This document shows, piece by piece, positions 24,096 to 35,850 of a stretch of 64,000 nucleotides of DNA. The stretch is from Centroscyllium fabricii. Lineage: Eukaryota. Position 1 is the first letter of the stretch; every line of letters begins with the position of its first letter. Below the pieces are notes generated by a model, which was not told where the DNA came from, did no database searches, and worked only from the letters and a program-made list of their open reading frames with translations. The position numbers and the translations under genes were made by a program. Where the stretch lies: positions 24,180,001 through 24,244,000 of the forward strand of contig JBNRSN020000034.1 of assembly GCA_051313645.2 (NCBI GenBank), read 5' to 3'.

Positions 24096-25582
24096 AAAAT
24101 GAGCTTTATTTATTTGTTTGTTTATTTATGCATCCTTGAACAATGTTTCTGTCTCGTGAGCTGTCGTAGACCAAACATTCTCGATCCAGGCTCAGCGTTA
24201 AAACCAACTCGAGAGCTGGGGGCTTGAACATAAACTTGGTACTTTTTTTTAATTCCCCCTGTGGATGCCAGGGGGAGACCAGATGGTTCCAATTTAAAAA
24301 CTAACAGTTTCCCTTATCCCCAAGTGCTAAAGAAAATAATCCACCGACGGGACTCTTTCCTGGGAATAGCAGCGAGAGTCTGATCGCTGATACAATTTAA
24401 ACCATTTATTTAAGTTTCAGAACAAAACAGAGGAAATCTTGTTTAAATTAACCGACATGTAAGCTTTTTCCCCCTCAGAAGCGATCACTCCCACAGAATT
24501 AACCTTTCCAGCTACGTGTTCTGCCTCACCTTCATTACATTACCTAGAATTAATGCTTGTCTTCTCCCCCTTTGCCCCTCTTCTAAGAAAGGAATTACCT
24601 CTTTAAACCTCTCCAGCTCTGTACCTCTCTCCTCCCATAAGTCAATCCGTAAAACCATCCCCTTTGACCAAGCGTTTCGTCACCTCTCCCGATATGTCCT
24701 TATGTGGTTCAGTGTCAGAGTTTGTTTCATAACACTCCTGTGAAGTGCCTTGGGGCGCTTTACTACGTTCAAGGTGAGTTGTTGTTGTCCTCACTCGATA
24801 GTTACCTCTGCACAGAGATCACTAGAAAGATTCGGGTGTGAAAAGGTTTCTGATGCCGCCACAGTCAAATAGCCTGCTGACATTCCCTGTCTAGACTCAC
24901 ACATGAGGAATGGACACTTGAGCAAAGCAATGGGGAGAGTGGTTAGCAAGCACACCAGCAAAATTCAACACCTTCAGCAGAGGAGGAGGGGAAATTATGA
25001 AGAAAAACACTCTTAAATATTCTGTGTCATACACAGTATGTGCAGGAGAATGCTGCACTGATACAATTGCTGATAGTTTTACACATAGCACACTCAGAGT
25101 ATCAAAAAGGCTTTACGACAGCATAAATGTGCATTAAAAATATATAAAAGCCCTGTTTAAAAGCCCCAAACTCGGCTCTGTGAACCTGAGTTCAGTCAGC
25201 AAGTTAAGGAATGGCTGAGAGATGGCAGGGTATCGCTGTATCAAAAAACAAACACAACTCTCTAAAGTCTGCACTTCATTCCTTAAATGGGCTCCAAGAA
25301 ACTAAATACACCATTAGAGCCATTTGGAAGCAAATCTCCACTATCATTTGGCAGTGTTATCTCACCCTGGCAATTGCTATCTCTGCAACAAAATCTGTAT
25401 CAAAATCAAAGCTCTTTGCATTTACTCAGAAGGCTTGTTATTTCTTTAATCCCCCATTTATTTCCAGTTTTCTCCCCTTCTCGTCCAAATGCACGCAAGT
25501 CACGGTAGGGGGCAGTTTCCACTGGGGCCCTCTGGCAACTCTCTCAAGTGACTGTTCTCTCACATGCATGTGGACTGTTACT

Positions 25583-26012
25583 ATTATTTTGTATGACTGA
25601 TGTTACTGTAAAGCAACAACTGTAATTTAACATTTAGGTGGCTAAGCCAGATAATTGCACCAAGAGTAGCAGAGTGTAACGCTGTGATGCCTCCTTTGTA
25701 TATGTGAATATTGGGCATTGAGTTGTTCTATGTTCCATGGTCTGTCTTGGGTGACCAGTCACACACTCGAGAGTTTTCAATTCTCCACTTGTGCATCAAA
25801 TATCCACATCTGCCAGGGTTTGTAGGCATGCGGTTTAGGGTTGCCCTTAATCATCGCGGAAGATCGAAGCCAGGGATCTTCTGAGTTGAGTTTTTCGCAA
25901 GCTGTTTCTTTCTAACTTCTTACAAACTCCATTCGGCTTTCCAAGCAACATCAGGGTTGAAGTCGCATTGCCGAAGGTTAAGCACGTGGATTTGCGCGGA
26001 TTCAAGCAGTCT
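25583..26012 (-). mobile_element. 3' end of a Vingi/Ingi-like (I-group) LINE
   Basis: Hand translation with one stop and one frameshift in this stretch: KIPGFDLPR*LRATLNRMPTNPGRCGYLMHKW...VCD/GHPRQTMEH...QCP (C-terminal zinc-finger region); ends CATACAAAATAATAG. Confidence 0.7.
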
Positions 26013-26425
26013 ATAACCCAAATACTCCACATCGCTTATTAAAGTGTAACCCTAATACCCCAGATCCCTTTATAGACTGTAACCCTAATACCCCAGATCC
26101 CTGTAGACTGTAACTCTAATACTCCACATCCCTTTATAGACTGTAACCCTAATACTCCACATCCCTTTATAGACTGTAACCCTAATACTCCACATCCCTT
26201 TATAGACTGTAACCCTAATACCCCAGATCCCTTTATAGACTGTAACCCTAATACCCCACATCCCTTTATAGACTGTAACCCTAATACTCCACATCCCTTT
26301 ATAGACAGTTACCCTAATATTCCACATCGCTTTATGGGCAGTTACCCTAATATTCCACATCCCTTTATAGACTGTAACCCTAATACCCCACATCCCTTTA
26401 TAGACTGTAACCTTAATAATCCACC
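26010..26425. repeat. Minisatellite, 33-bp unit, about 12-13 copies
   Basis: Unit CTGTAACCCTAATACTCCACATCCCTTTATAGA. Confidence 0.93.
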
Positions 26426-26509
26426 TGAGTTTGGATGTCTATCCAGAGTATTTCTGCAAATTGAAACAGAGGTAAAAGATTTCTTTACAATGTGTAAAGG
26501 CAGTGAGTA

Positions 26510-26850
26510 GCAGAGCCATGCAGTGTTTGATTCCCAGTATGTGCTGATCCCAGCTATGGGCAGCAGTTGGGAGTCTGCAGTTCACCTTAACATCCCAGAC
26601 CTAGGGATGGAATTCTCACTCCTAATTGTTATTTCTAGTGACCTCCTCACCACCACGGCTCGAAAGTGCACGTGTGCGCAGATTGTTTGCAAACAAGGTC
26701 AGGCCTGGCTGTGATGCTTCCCTCATGGTAGCATAGCCTGCTAACAGTCATTGTCTCGGCCCACACATGAAGAACAAGGAACTACATGTCTTCCAGCACC
26801 CACTGAGCAGTATCCCAGCCGGATTCAATATTGTCAGGGGCGAGGAAAGT
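26510..26850 (+). mobile_element. Old tRNA-derived SINE, AmnSINE2-like
   Basis: Same motifs (GCTGTGATGC, ATAGCCTGC.AACA, CACACATGAAGAA). Confidence 0.55.
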
Positions 26851-28819
26851 AATAATAAACAAAGGCTGATAGTTCATCTACTCCTTCCTCCCAGAACTGA
26901 AGAGTCTAACTCTTTAAACAAGAATACAGTTAGTCTAAAAGCCACTGATTAGGAGCCACTGGATCCCTTGAAGTTAGAATTTAAAACAATTAGATAAAGC
27001 ATTTCTGCCCTTCTCTCAGTCCTGACAGGAAGGAAAGATCAGCCCATTGGCTGCTGTTCAGGGCTCTCAATTAACCTGATTAGTTCAACAAGCAGCTCTT
27101 ATGAATGACACCTTATCTAAAATAGAAGGAAAAGCAACTTCCTTCCTACACAAGATACCATTGGCCGTCTCCAGCCTGTCGGGTGCAGCTATTGGCCTTC
27201 GGAGAGACATGGAGCAGCCGATTGGTCTGTGTGTGTCTTGGGGACATTGTCATCTGATCAGCCCAGGTGGCACAAGATAAGCTGCAGAGGGGTGAAAAAT
27301 AGTGGCCTGTGGACAACTCTGAACACCTCTTTCAGAATCAGGTGGCCAGATGATAAGATTGCTAAAAGTAGTCCAGTCCCGCATCCGGAAAGACAAATGA
27401 GTATGCTTGAAAGGATTTAGTGACATTTAACTGATCTATTGAGGCCTAATGCTGTCAGGCTTATCAGGCAGCAAGTCGACCCCTCTCCCTCCCATATTTC
27501 TTGATAAGCCCCCTGTAGGGGTTATCCAACCTCCTACCTAAAGTTTTTACCAAAGAGTCGCAGTGCACCAGAGCACGGGTAAAACAGGTCTTTAATCTTG
27601 AACTCCATACAGCAACTGTTGGAAAAGAGCACGAAAGCACGAAGCATTGTGGGAAAAGAGATGGACAGTTCCTTAGGCCACTCAGGAACCAGGACAGGGA
27701 CGCCGGCTGCCCAATAGGGGAATGTAGGCGGAACCGGCTGTGAAATGGGGATTGTGGCTTAAAGGGAAGACCCAGGGACTTCCCCGGGTAGCTACGCTAC
27801 ACCCCCCTCTGCCCCACCCCCCATGCACTGAAGCTGAGATGGATACAAGTGTATGTATAAGCTTTGGAACTGATAAAAGGCAAATAATATGAAGAAGGAA
27901 AGAAATAAACAAAGGCTATAAAAAAAATATTAGCTGTCAGTGGCCTTCGTGTCCATTTGAATGACTTCAGATTAAGGTAATTGAAGTAATCTCATTGAAA
28001 AAAGTCAAAGGCCCAAGAAGTGACACTTCTGTACAGCAGCATATGGATGAGACAGCAGACAATATCAATATTAAACAGGTGTCAACTAACAGGATTATAC
28101 TTTATTAAAAATGTAATGCCTCAAACAGTTTTAACCAGATTTTAATCCCTTGAAATTCAAAGTTAATAACTGCCTTGAAAATACTGAGATAGATACCAAT
28201 TTACTCTCTGGTTGTCAGTTCTTTTTGCTCCCACTCCTTCCCCAGAAGGTGCCAGTCTCCAATTTATCTGTCCTACTCTGTCACTGTTTCTAATTTAATC
28301 AGAGTTTCGAGCATGTTTTGCAATTCATGAAACAAAGATGTTTTGGACCACATACTAACTTTGTTGCTCTCCATTACAGATGATCCTAAAATCTGTGTTA
28401 AAGGGAGGAATAAAGGCCTGAGGATTTACTTGAGCGGGTGTGTTGAAAATACCCAATGTCTACGGTTGACTATCTGAAATTGCTTTAAACCACTTCTCTC
28501 TTAAAGGAGCCCTTCCCCAATGGTTTGATTGACAGTTCCAGCACTGGTTGTTGACAGTTCCCATGGAAACACTCCACTGTGACATCACAGTGGAGTGGAA
28601 CCAATGGGAACGGTCAAGTGCTGGTGACTGACAGGTGGGCAGGTGGGCTCAGAATTCTTGACAGCTCGCAGCGGCTGTGAGGAAATGTTCAGAACTGAGA
28701 TTTGTCAGTTTCTGCTCACAGCTGCTGCAGCCACAGCGGAGTTACTAAGGTGCTGGAGGCATGCCATCATTTGGCAGCATGTCCTTCACACCTTGAAGGA
28801 GAAAGTTATAACCAGCGCT

Positions 28820-29120
28820 GTGCTCCCGCTGGGTTTCACCCAGCGGGGTTTAAGGTGACAGGGTTAGGGCGGGAAACAGGGCAAAATGGCCGAGGGCCCT
28901 TAAAATGGCATTAAAGATGCCAATTAAGGGCCCTTAATGAGGTGACAACCCATCCCCGGCGGCCGGCGGTGGGAAGGTTTCGGGGCGGGGAATCTGGGCA
29001 GGGGAAAATCAGAAAGCGACGGGGATATGGCGGGGGGGGGGCAGGACCTGCCGGTTCCGCTATTTTGCCGGCCAGGCCGCCGAAAACTCCGCCTCACGGG
29101 GACATGAAAATCCCCCCCCC
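28820..29120. mobile_element. GC-rich non-autonomous DNA-transposon-like repeat fragment
   Basis: GC/CpG-rich block ending TGAAAATCCCCCC, with a similar ending at ~13990; family not determined. Confidence 0.4.
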
Positions 29121-29124
29121 CATA

Positions 29125-30637
29125 GAGTCGATGTTTCGGGTTGGGACCCTTTATCAAAACTAAAGCTGGGGAATGAAACACAAGCAGGAAGACATGGGGG
29201 AGGTGGGAGGGAACAAAGAGAAGACAGTACAAAGAGAAAAGACTATGAGAGGTATTCAAAATGAGACGAGATGCTGTGGGTAGGAGACAGCTGTTGATTA
29301 GGTGTGAAAAGCTCTGGCAGAGTGGGAGGTGGCTGCCACGATAGAGAAAAGAAAGGCCAAATAAAATGTGTGGATAAGAAGAGGTAAAACTACAATGGGG
29401 GCCAGAGTTACGATCTGAAATTTTTGAACTCGATATTGAGTCCAGAGGGCTGTAAAGTGCCTAATCGGAAGATGGGGTGTTTTTCCTCGAGTTTACGTTG
29501 AGCTTCCGAAGAACATTGTAATAGGCCAAGGACAGGGGGATCAGAGTGGGAGTGAAGCGGAGAATTAAAGTGACAGGTGACTGGAAGCTTGGGGTCCCCC
29601 TTGCGGACTGAACGGAGGTGTTCCACAAAGTGGTCACCCAATCTGCGTTTGGTCTCCCCAATGCAGAGGAGACCGCATCGTGAGCAGTGAATACAGTATA
29701 CTAGATTCCAAGAAGTACAAGTAAATCGCTGTTTGACCTGGAAGGGGTGTTTGGGGCCCTGGACGGTGGGAAGGGGGGAGGTGTAAGGGCAGGTCTTGCA
29801 TCTCCTGCGATTGCACGGAAAGGTGCCGGGTGAAGGGGAAGGGGTGCTGGAGGAGTGGACTGGGATGTCTCAGAGGGAGCGGTCCCTACGGAATGCTGAA
29901 AGGGGAGGGGAGGATGCGTTTGGTGGTGAGATCATGTTGGAGGTGGCAGAAATGGTGGAGGATGATCCGTTGAATGTGGAGGCTGGTGGGGTGAAAGGTA
30001 AGGACAAGGGGAACCCTATCGTGGTTGCAGGAGGGAGGGGCAGGGCTGAGGGCAGAAGTGCAGGAGATAGAACGGACCCGGTCAAGGGCCATGTCGAGCA
30101 CAGTAGAGGGGAATCCTCGGTTGAGGAAAAAGGAAGACATATTGGAAGCACTGGTGTGGAAGGTGGCATCATCAGAGCAGATGCGGCGGAGACGGAGAAA
30201 CTGGGAGAATGGAATAGAGTCCTTACAGGAGGCGCGGTGGGAGGAAGTGTAGTCCAGGTAGCTGTGGGAGTCAGTGGGCTTGTAGTGAATGTTGGTCAAT
30301 AACCTATCCCCAGAGATGGAGACGGAGATGATGAGGAAGGGAAGGGAAGAGTCGGAGATAGACCATGTGAAGGTGAGGGAAGGGTGGAAATTGGAGGCAA
30401 AGCGAATGAACTCATCTAGTTCAGGGCGAGAGCAGGAAATGCCGCCGATACAGTCATCAATGTATCAGAAAAAGAGGTGAGGGACGGTACTCGAGTAGGA
30501 CTGGAACAAAGAATGTTCCACATATCCCACAAAAAGGCAGGCAAAGCGAGGACCCATGCGGGTACCCATAGCAACACCTTTGATTTGGAGGAAATGAGTG
30601 GAGTCAAAGGAGAAGTTGTTCAATGTGAGAATAAGTT
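29125..30637 (-). mobile_element. Penelope-like element, 5'-truncated: RT C-terminal half, GIY-YIG endonuclease and 3' UTR with a degenerate hammerhead
   Basis: Minus-strand peptides QIKGVAMGTRMGP, YIDD, YKPTDSHSYLDYTSSH...SIPFSQFLRLRRICS, IGETKRRLGDHFVEH and FRLGTLQPSGLNIEF; stop at 29408-29410; several frameshifts. Confidence 0.9.
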
Positions 30638-30719
30638 CTGTTTGCTTTCCAGGGGGAAGGTGGGGCCCCGTGAGGATGGGCAGTGTTGAGCTAATGAAAG
30701 CAGAAAAGCCAATCCTTTG

Positions 30720-30960
30720 TGTTTGCCGAGTAAGTCAATCTTAGCCAGGGTAGCAGTAGGGGCTCTAGATTGGCTTCAACACTTTGGGTTAAGCGAGGGG
30801 AAATCAGCCAGGCTTCCTTGGCTGAAAGTGTGCACATGTGGACTCCAACTGAGGGACAGGACAGGGCTGTAGCGTCCTCCACAATTGAATATTCTGTCGA
30901 CACTCATCTGCATGTGGAAGAATGGCCACTTGGGTGAAGTATTTTAGAGGTGGGCGGTCG
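30720..30960 (+). mobile_element. Old tRNA-derived SINE, AmnSINE2-like
   Basis: GGGGAAATCAGCCAGG and GAAGAATGGCCACTTGGGTGA motifs. Confidence 0.55.
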
Positions 30961-31327
30961 GTGTGTGCGGCGGTAATGGAGAGGAATGGAGTGGGGGTGG
31001 GAGGGGCAAATAGCAGAGAGAAAACATAACATGTTGAGTTTAATAACTAAAAATAATAATTTAAGTGTGTGTCTGGTTTGGTGATTAGATTCATTTGTTT
31101 AGTGACTGTCATGGTTCCAGCCACTTCCAGTGCATGTAAAGGAAACCTAATTAATAAAAGCTCCTGTCATTAGTTCTCCAGCATAATTCGTACAATGTAT
31201 GCTAATTACCTGTGTAAAAAGAATCTAATAAACCCTCTGGAATGGTAATGTATTAGTAGCTTTTACAGAGTGGTGTAAAAGTTATTGGTCTCTTCAAGGT
31301 AATAGTAATGTGCAAGATTTAGTGCTT

Positions 31328-31527
31328 NNNNNNNNNNNNNNNNNNNNNNNNNNNNNNNNNNNNNNNNNNNNNNNNNNNNNNNNNNNNNNNNNNNNNNNNN
31401 NNNNNNNNNNNNNNNNNNNNNNNNNNNNNNNNNNNNNNNNNNNNNNNNNNNNNNNNNNNNNNNNNNNNNNNNNNNNNNNNNNNNNNNNNNNNNNNNNNNN
31501 NNNNNNNNNNNNNNNNNNNNNNNNNNN
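31328..31527. other. Assembly gap (200 N)
   Basis: Run of exactly 200 N; the round size suggests a gap of unknown length. Confidence 0.95.
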
Positions 31528-32227
31528 AGTGCTGCATTGCCATCTTTTGGGTGGACTGTTGGACCAAGGCCACCATCTGCCTATTCAGGTGGACACAAGA
31601 GATCCCATCGTGCTACTTGAAGAAGAGTAGGGACTTGTCCTGGTGTCCTGGCTAACAATCCTCCCGCAACCAATATCACCAAGTACAGACTAACTGATCA
31701 TTCATCTCATTATTGTTTGTGGAGCTTCACTGTACACACATTGGCTCCCTGTCTGCCTACTTAACAAGTTACTTCACTCCAGAAGTAATTTATTGACAGT
31801 AAAGCACTGTGGAATGTCCTCAGCATTATATGAAGGCAAGCTCTTTCTTTTTATACAAGAGTAATTCGTTGTGGCTAGTCTTACAATTAGTATTTTCTTA
31901 ATGGTTATCGGTAAGTTCCATAAGTGAGCTAAATAGTATTTAACTCACTTAATAGAACAACTTACCTATTTACCAGGTTAGCACTGTTTATCCTATTATT
32001 GTACAATATAAAGAATATCTGTTTGTTATTGGTTACATTGTTGCAAATTAACAAAAATTAGAGGAAGGAAACAACTTTAAAAAAAGACAGACAATAGCTT
32101 AATTTCCAGCTAATTTCAGGAGCCAGAACTAGGCACCACGGCAAGCTCGGGTAGCATCACTTTACATTGAGGCCTGGATGCTTGCTCGGGCAATTGCATC
32201 TGAAGCTAGTCGTTGGTGATGGTGCAG

Positions 32228-32607
32228 CAGTGCACGGTGGCATAGTGGTTAGCACTGTTGCCTTACAGCACTAGAGACTCGGGTTCAAATCCGGCCTTGG
32301 GTGACTATTCTCCCCGTGTCTGTGTGGGTTTCCTCCGGGTGCTCCGGTTTCCTCCCACAGTCCAAAGATGTGCGGGTTAGGTTGATTGGCCATGATAAAC
32401 TGACCCTTAGTGTTAGGGGTGTTAAATATGTGGGGTTACGGGGATAGGGTGGGATATGTGGCGGTGTAGGCTCGATAGGGATCGAGGGATATGGGGAGAG
32501 GGCAGGGGCGGGGTGCTGGGTTTGGATGATCAGCCATGATCTCATTGAATGGCGGAGCAGGCTCGAAGGGCCGAATGGCCGACTCCTGCTCCTATCTTCT
32601 ATGTTTC
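32228..32607 (+). mobile_element. HE1 (V-SINE family), near full length
   Basis: A box TGGCATAGTGG, B box GGTTCAAATCC, V-domain GTGGGTTTCCTCCGGGTGCTCCGGTTTCCTCCCACA and HER1/CR1-derived tail. Confidence 0.9.
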
Positions 32608-33309
32608 CTTCCCTAACATTGTGAACAATCGTCGTGTTGTTAAGTGAACAGTGTCACTAAGCTCTTACTTTTGACTGTTACAGTAGTGGGGATTTTTTTT
32701 TAACATCTATTAGTGACTGTTCCTGAAATCAGAACTGTCTGATATACAAAGTGGCCTTATTATTAATATTGTTTCTCCAACTTTCCTCTATATCTTATCT
32801 GATTATAGTCACAGTGGATCTCAGACAAATGGACACACAGGACCATTGCAGTAATGGGTTCTTTCAGGCCTCACTAAAAGCAACTTAGAGACATGCAAAG
32901 CGCACCAGTGAAAGGGAATAAAATGGTTCCCAGAAGCAGTAAGTGTGCTGTCTCCCTGTTTATGTGCTTGCTAATCTAAAGCTGAGTCTATAATGCAGCA
33001 ATATGCAACTAAATGTTACAAGTTAAGAGACATTCCCTGCTTGGATACCAGAAAGCAGTATTATGGGTCCATTCTAATATTTATTATTCATAAGGACCCA
33101 TTAGTGACTTTAACAAATGGGTCAGTAGGGTTACTCTGTGCCTGTCAAATATAATGATTGAAATGACTATTTTACTACTTGTGTTACGGAAGCAGGTAAC
33201 TATAAAACAATTGTTAGGCATAAAGTCCAATTTTCACATACACACAATAGCACTTAAACCCAGTGTCCACATGAAATGATTTCACCGGATATTAAGAGGC
33301 TTGCGATTT

Positions 33310-33700
33310 TCACCCCTCATCTCCTGAAGGTGCAGGATTGAGGTTTGACTCCACAATTACTGGCAGCCTTCCGATACCTTGTCTAAGTGTCTACTATTCA
33401 CTTGTGAGCCTGGGCGCTAAGTATCTGCAGGCTATTCGACCATGGGCGGCACACTGCGGTTAAGCAGGAAACAGTCTTCACCCAACATCCATGTTCACAC
33501 ACATCCCAGCAGAGAGGGGGGTTACTTGATTGCAATCAGGAATAGGAGCCTTGTCCAGTTTTCCTGCTCTCTAACCCAGGGGCCAACTGTAGCAGCCCCA
33601 ACTGCTACCCAGCTGGGGTCGCGAGATGAGAGATCAAAAGGGTGATCTTTCCTGCAAGGTATGGCTGGGTACTGCACCATATGGTACCTTTACCATTGAG
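33310..33700 (-). mobile_element. Old tRNA-derived SINE, AmnSINE2-like
   Basis: Reverse-complement copy (GCAGGCTATTCGACCATGGG, TCACCCAACATCCA). Confidence 0.55.
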
Positions 33701-34434
33701 ATATTGGCAGGAGCTTTTCCAAATTAAATAAAGCCTACATAACAACAGTCGGTGCACTTCAAAAATAAATTCACTGTGGGAATAACTTCAAGACATTTTC
33801 ACGCACCGCATAAATGCAAGCATTTTTCTTCTCCTTTAAATGACATACTTTGGAACTTGGAACAAGGACAATTTCTAGGACAGGCTCCTTGCTGTGTTGT
33901 GACTATATCAAGATCGTTTTTAGTTAGTGCCGCCAGCTGCTTTCAGTGTGTATACTCAAATCTCACCATTACAGACTCTGAATGGCTGTTCCTGTGAAAG
34001 AACGGGTTGGGGGGAAGGTCATGTTACTGAGATTCTGAGTTGCTTTCCCAATGTTATTCCCTCAAAACAGACTGCTGTGGTTTTCCGACACTTACATCTG
34101 TGCTGGAACCACATATGGGAATTTTTTGACGGCACTGTCCACTTCCTGTGACTGCTAAAATAATTACAGCTGTGCAGTTGTTATTACGCAGCTGAAAACT
34201 TAGCACGAATGATGCTATGGGACCAGCTTGAAATAAATCACTTTCTCTTGCAGCAAAGTTTGTCTTAACAGGGCTTGGACACCACAGGCTTTAATGCAGT
34301 CCAGCTGGGAGTTTGGGAAACATTTATTATAATGGGAGGGTTTTTAATCCCTGAATTTGTTATAATGAGATAAATGTCATTAGTCAGTTGGAATAATTTG
34401 TCAAGTCTCGCAAATCTTCCAAGCCAAACAGTGA

Positions 34435-34830
34435 AATCAAGACCAGAAGGTCCCAAGTCCGACTCCTGGTCTGTTCTGAGTTAGCTTGGGCAGCAGTAGA
34501 AATTGTCCTCAGTGCCCCTGGGGTTAAGGAGGGAAAATAGCAGCCAGGTTTCCTGGTCCTGATCAATGTTCAGTGACTCTTGGTTGAAAGTGTATGTGTG
34601 AGGACATCAGACGAGCCTAGAGTCAGACTCAGCTCAGTGCATGTGTTTATTTTATATATATATATATATATATATAGATAGATATTCCCCCCCACCCCCC
34701 CACAATCAAATGGCCCGCTGACACTCATTGTCTAGGCTCACACATGAAAAATGCTCATATGGTTAAGGCACAAGAGAGATCACAGGGTCCAAGCAACTGC
34801 ATCACAGGCATAAGGGAAAGCAAGGGGAAT
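34435..34830 (+). mobile_element. Old tRNA-derived SINE, AmnSINE2-like, interrupted by a (TA)n microsatellite
   Basis: AGACCAGAAGGTCCCA...GACACTCATTGTCTAGGCTCACACATGAA; (TA)n at ~34653-34676. Confidence 0.6.
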
Positions 34831-35357
34831 GAGGGGGAAGAGAAATAGCTAGAGATTCCTATTTAGTGGCAATTTCTTTTTAAATCAAACAGCAATGTTT
34901 GTCTCCCATGTACTTAGAGAATGAAATTACATGCGTAATGTACAATAAAACCTAAATTAGTGCATTATTCTGGGCACAAACTGTCTGTGAAATGAATGCA
35001 TAGCAAACATTGATGACTTAAAAAAATATAGACCCAAAAATGCTTTTGAAGCTCATTACAAATGCTGCATTTGTAGTTTTGGAAGTCACTGCTATAAGAA
35101 AGTGCTTTGGCTGGATTGTGGCTTGCCCAGAGATGCTGACACTTCAAGCTTAATGAACACAACAGGAAAACTGTGGCTAATTCTGTAACTGAGTTGGGGA
35201 GTGGGGAATGGTAAAGAGAATGTAGCTCACTATATTATTTTTATATAACCAGACACGGCTTAACTGACTGGTCAAAATAAAAGTGAGCCAGTCCTTTAAA
35301 AAATGAACATGTATCTGAGAGTCAACGTAGCCTTTACGGCAGCTCGGAGCTCTCTTA

Positions 35358-35453
<96 letters not shown>

Positions 35454-35514
35454 TTAACCCTAAAGTGCTGACTTATCTCTCCCCTCATTTTCCGCTCCGA
35501 TTTTTTTTAAATTA

Positions 35515-35850
35515 TTCAATCTTGGGATGTTGGCATCACTGGCAAGGCTGGGCATTTATTTGCCCATCACTAATTGCCCTGGCAGTTTGATATAATTGAA
35601 TGGCTTGCTAGGTCATTTCAGAGGGCAGTTAAGTCAACCACATTGCTGTGGGTCTGGAGTCACATGTAGGCCTAACCAGGTAAGGATGGCAGGTTTCCTT
35701 CCCTGAAGGACATTAGTGAACCAGATGGGCTTTTACGACAGATATCTTAAAAGCTGAATTCAAATTCTCAAACTGCCATGGCAGGATTTGATCTCATGTT
35801 CTCTGGATTATCCAGGCCTCTGTCCAGTAACATAACTGTTACACCATGGT
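35515..35850 (-). mobile_element. LINE 3' tail fragment (same family as 16955-17210)
   Basis: GGTTTCCTTCCCTGAAGGACATTAGTGAACCAG is the reverse complement of the 17020-17050 motif; a related fragment lies at 57385-57700. Confidence 0.65.

Noticed and set aside
26085-26393. ORF of repeated MWSIRVTVYKG
   Set aside because: Translation of a 33-bp minisatellite; no splice or expression evidence.
32228-32300. tRNA gene
   Set aside because: The A and B boxes belong to the tRNA-derived head of an HE1 SINE.
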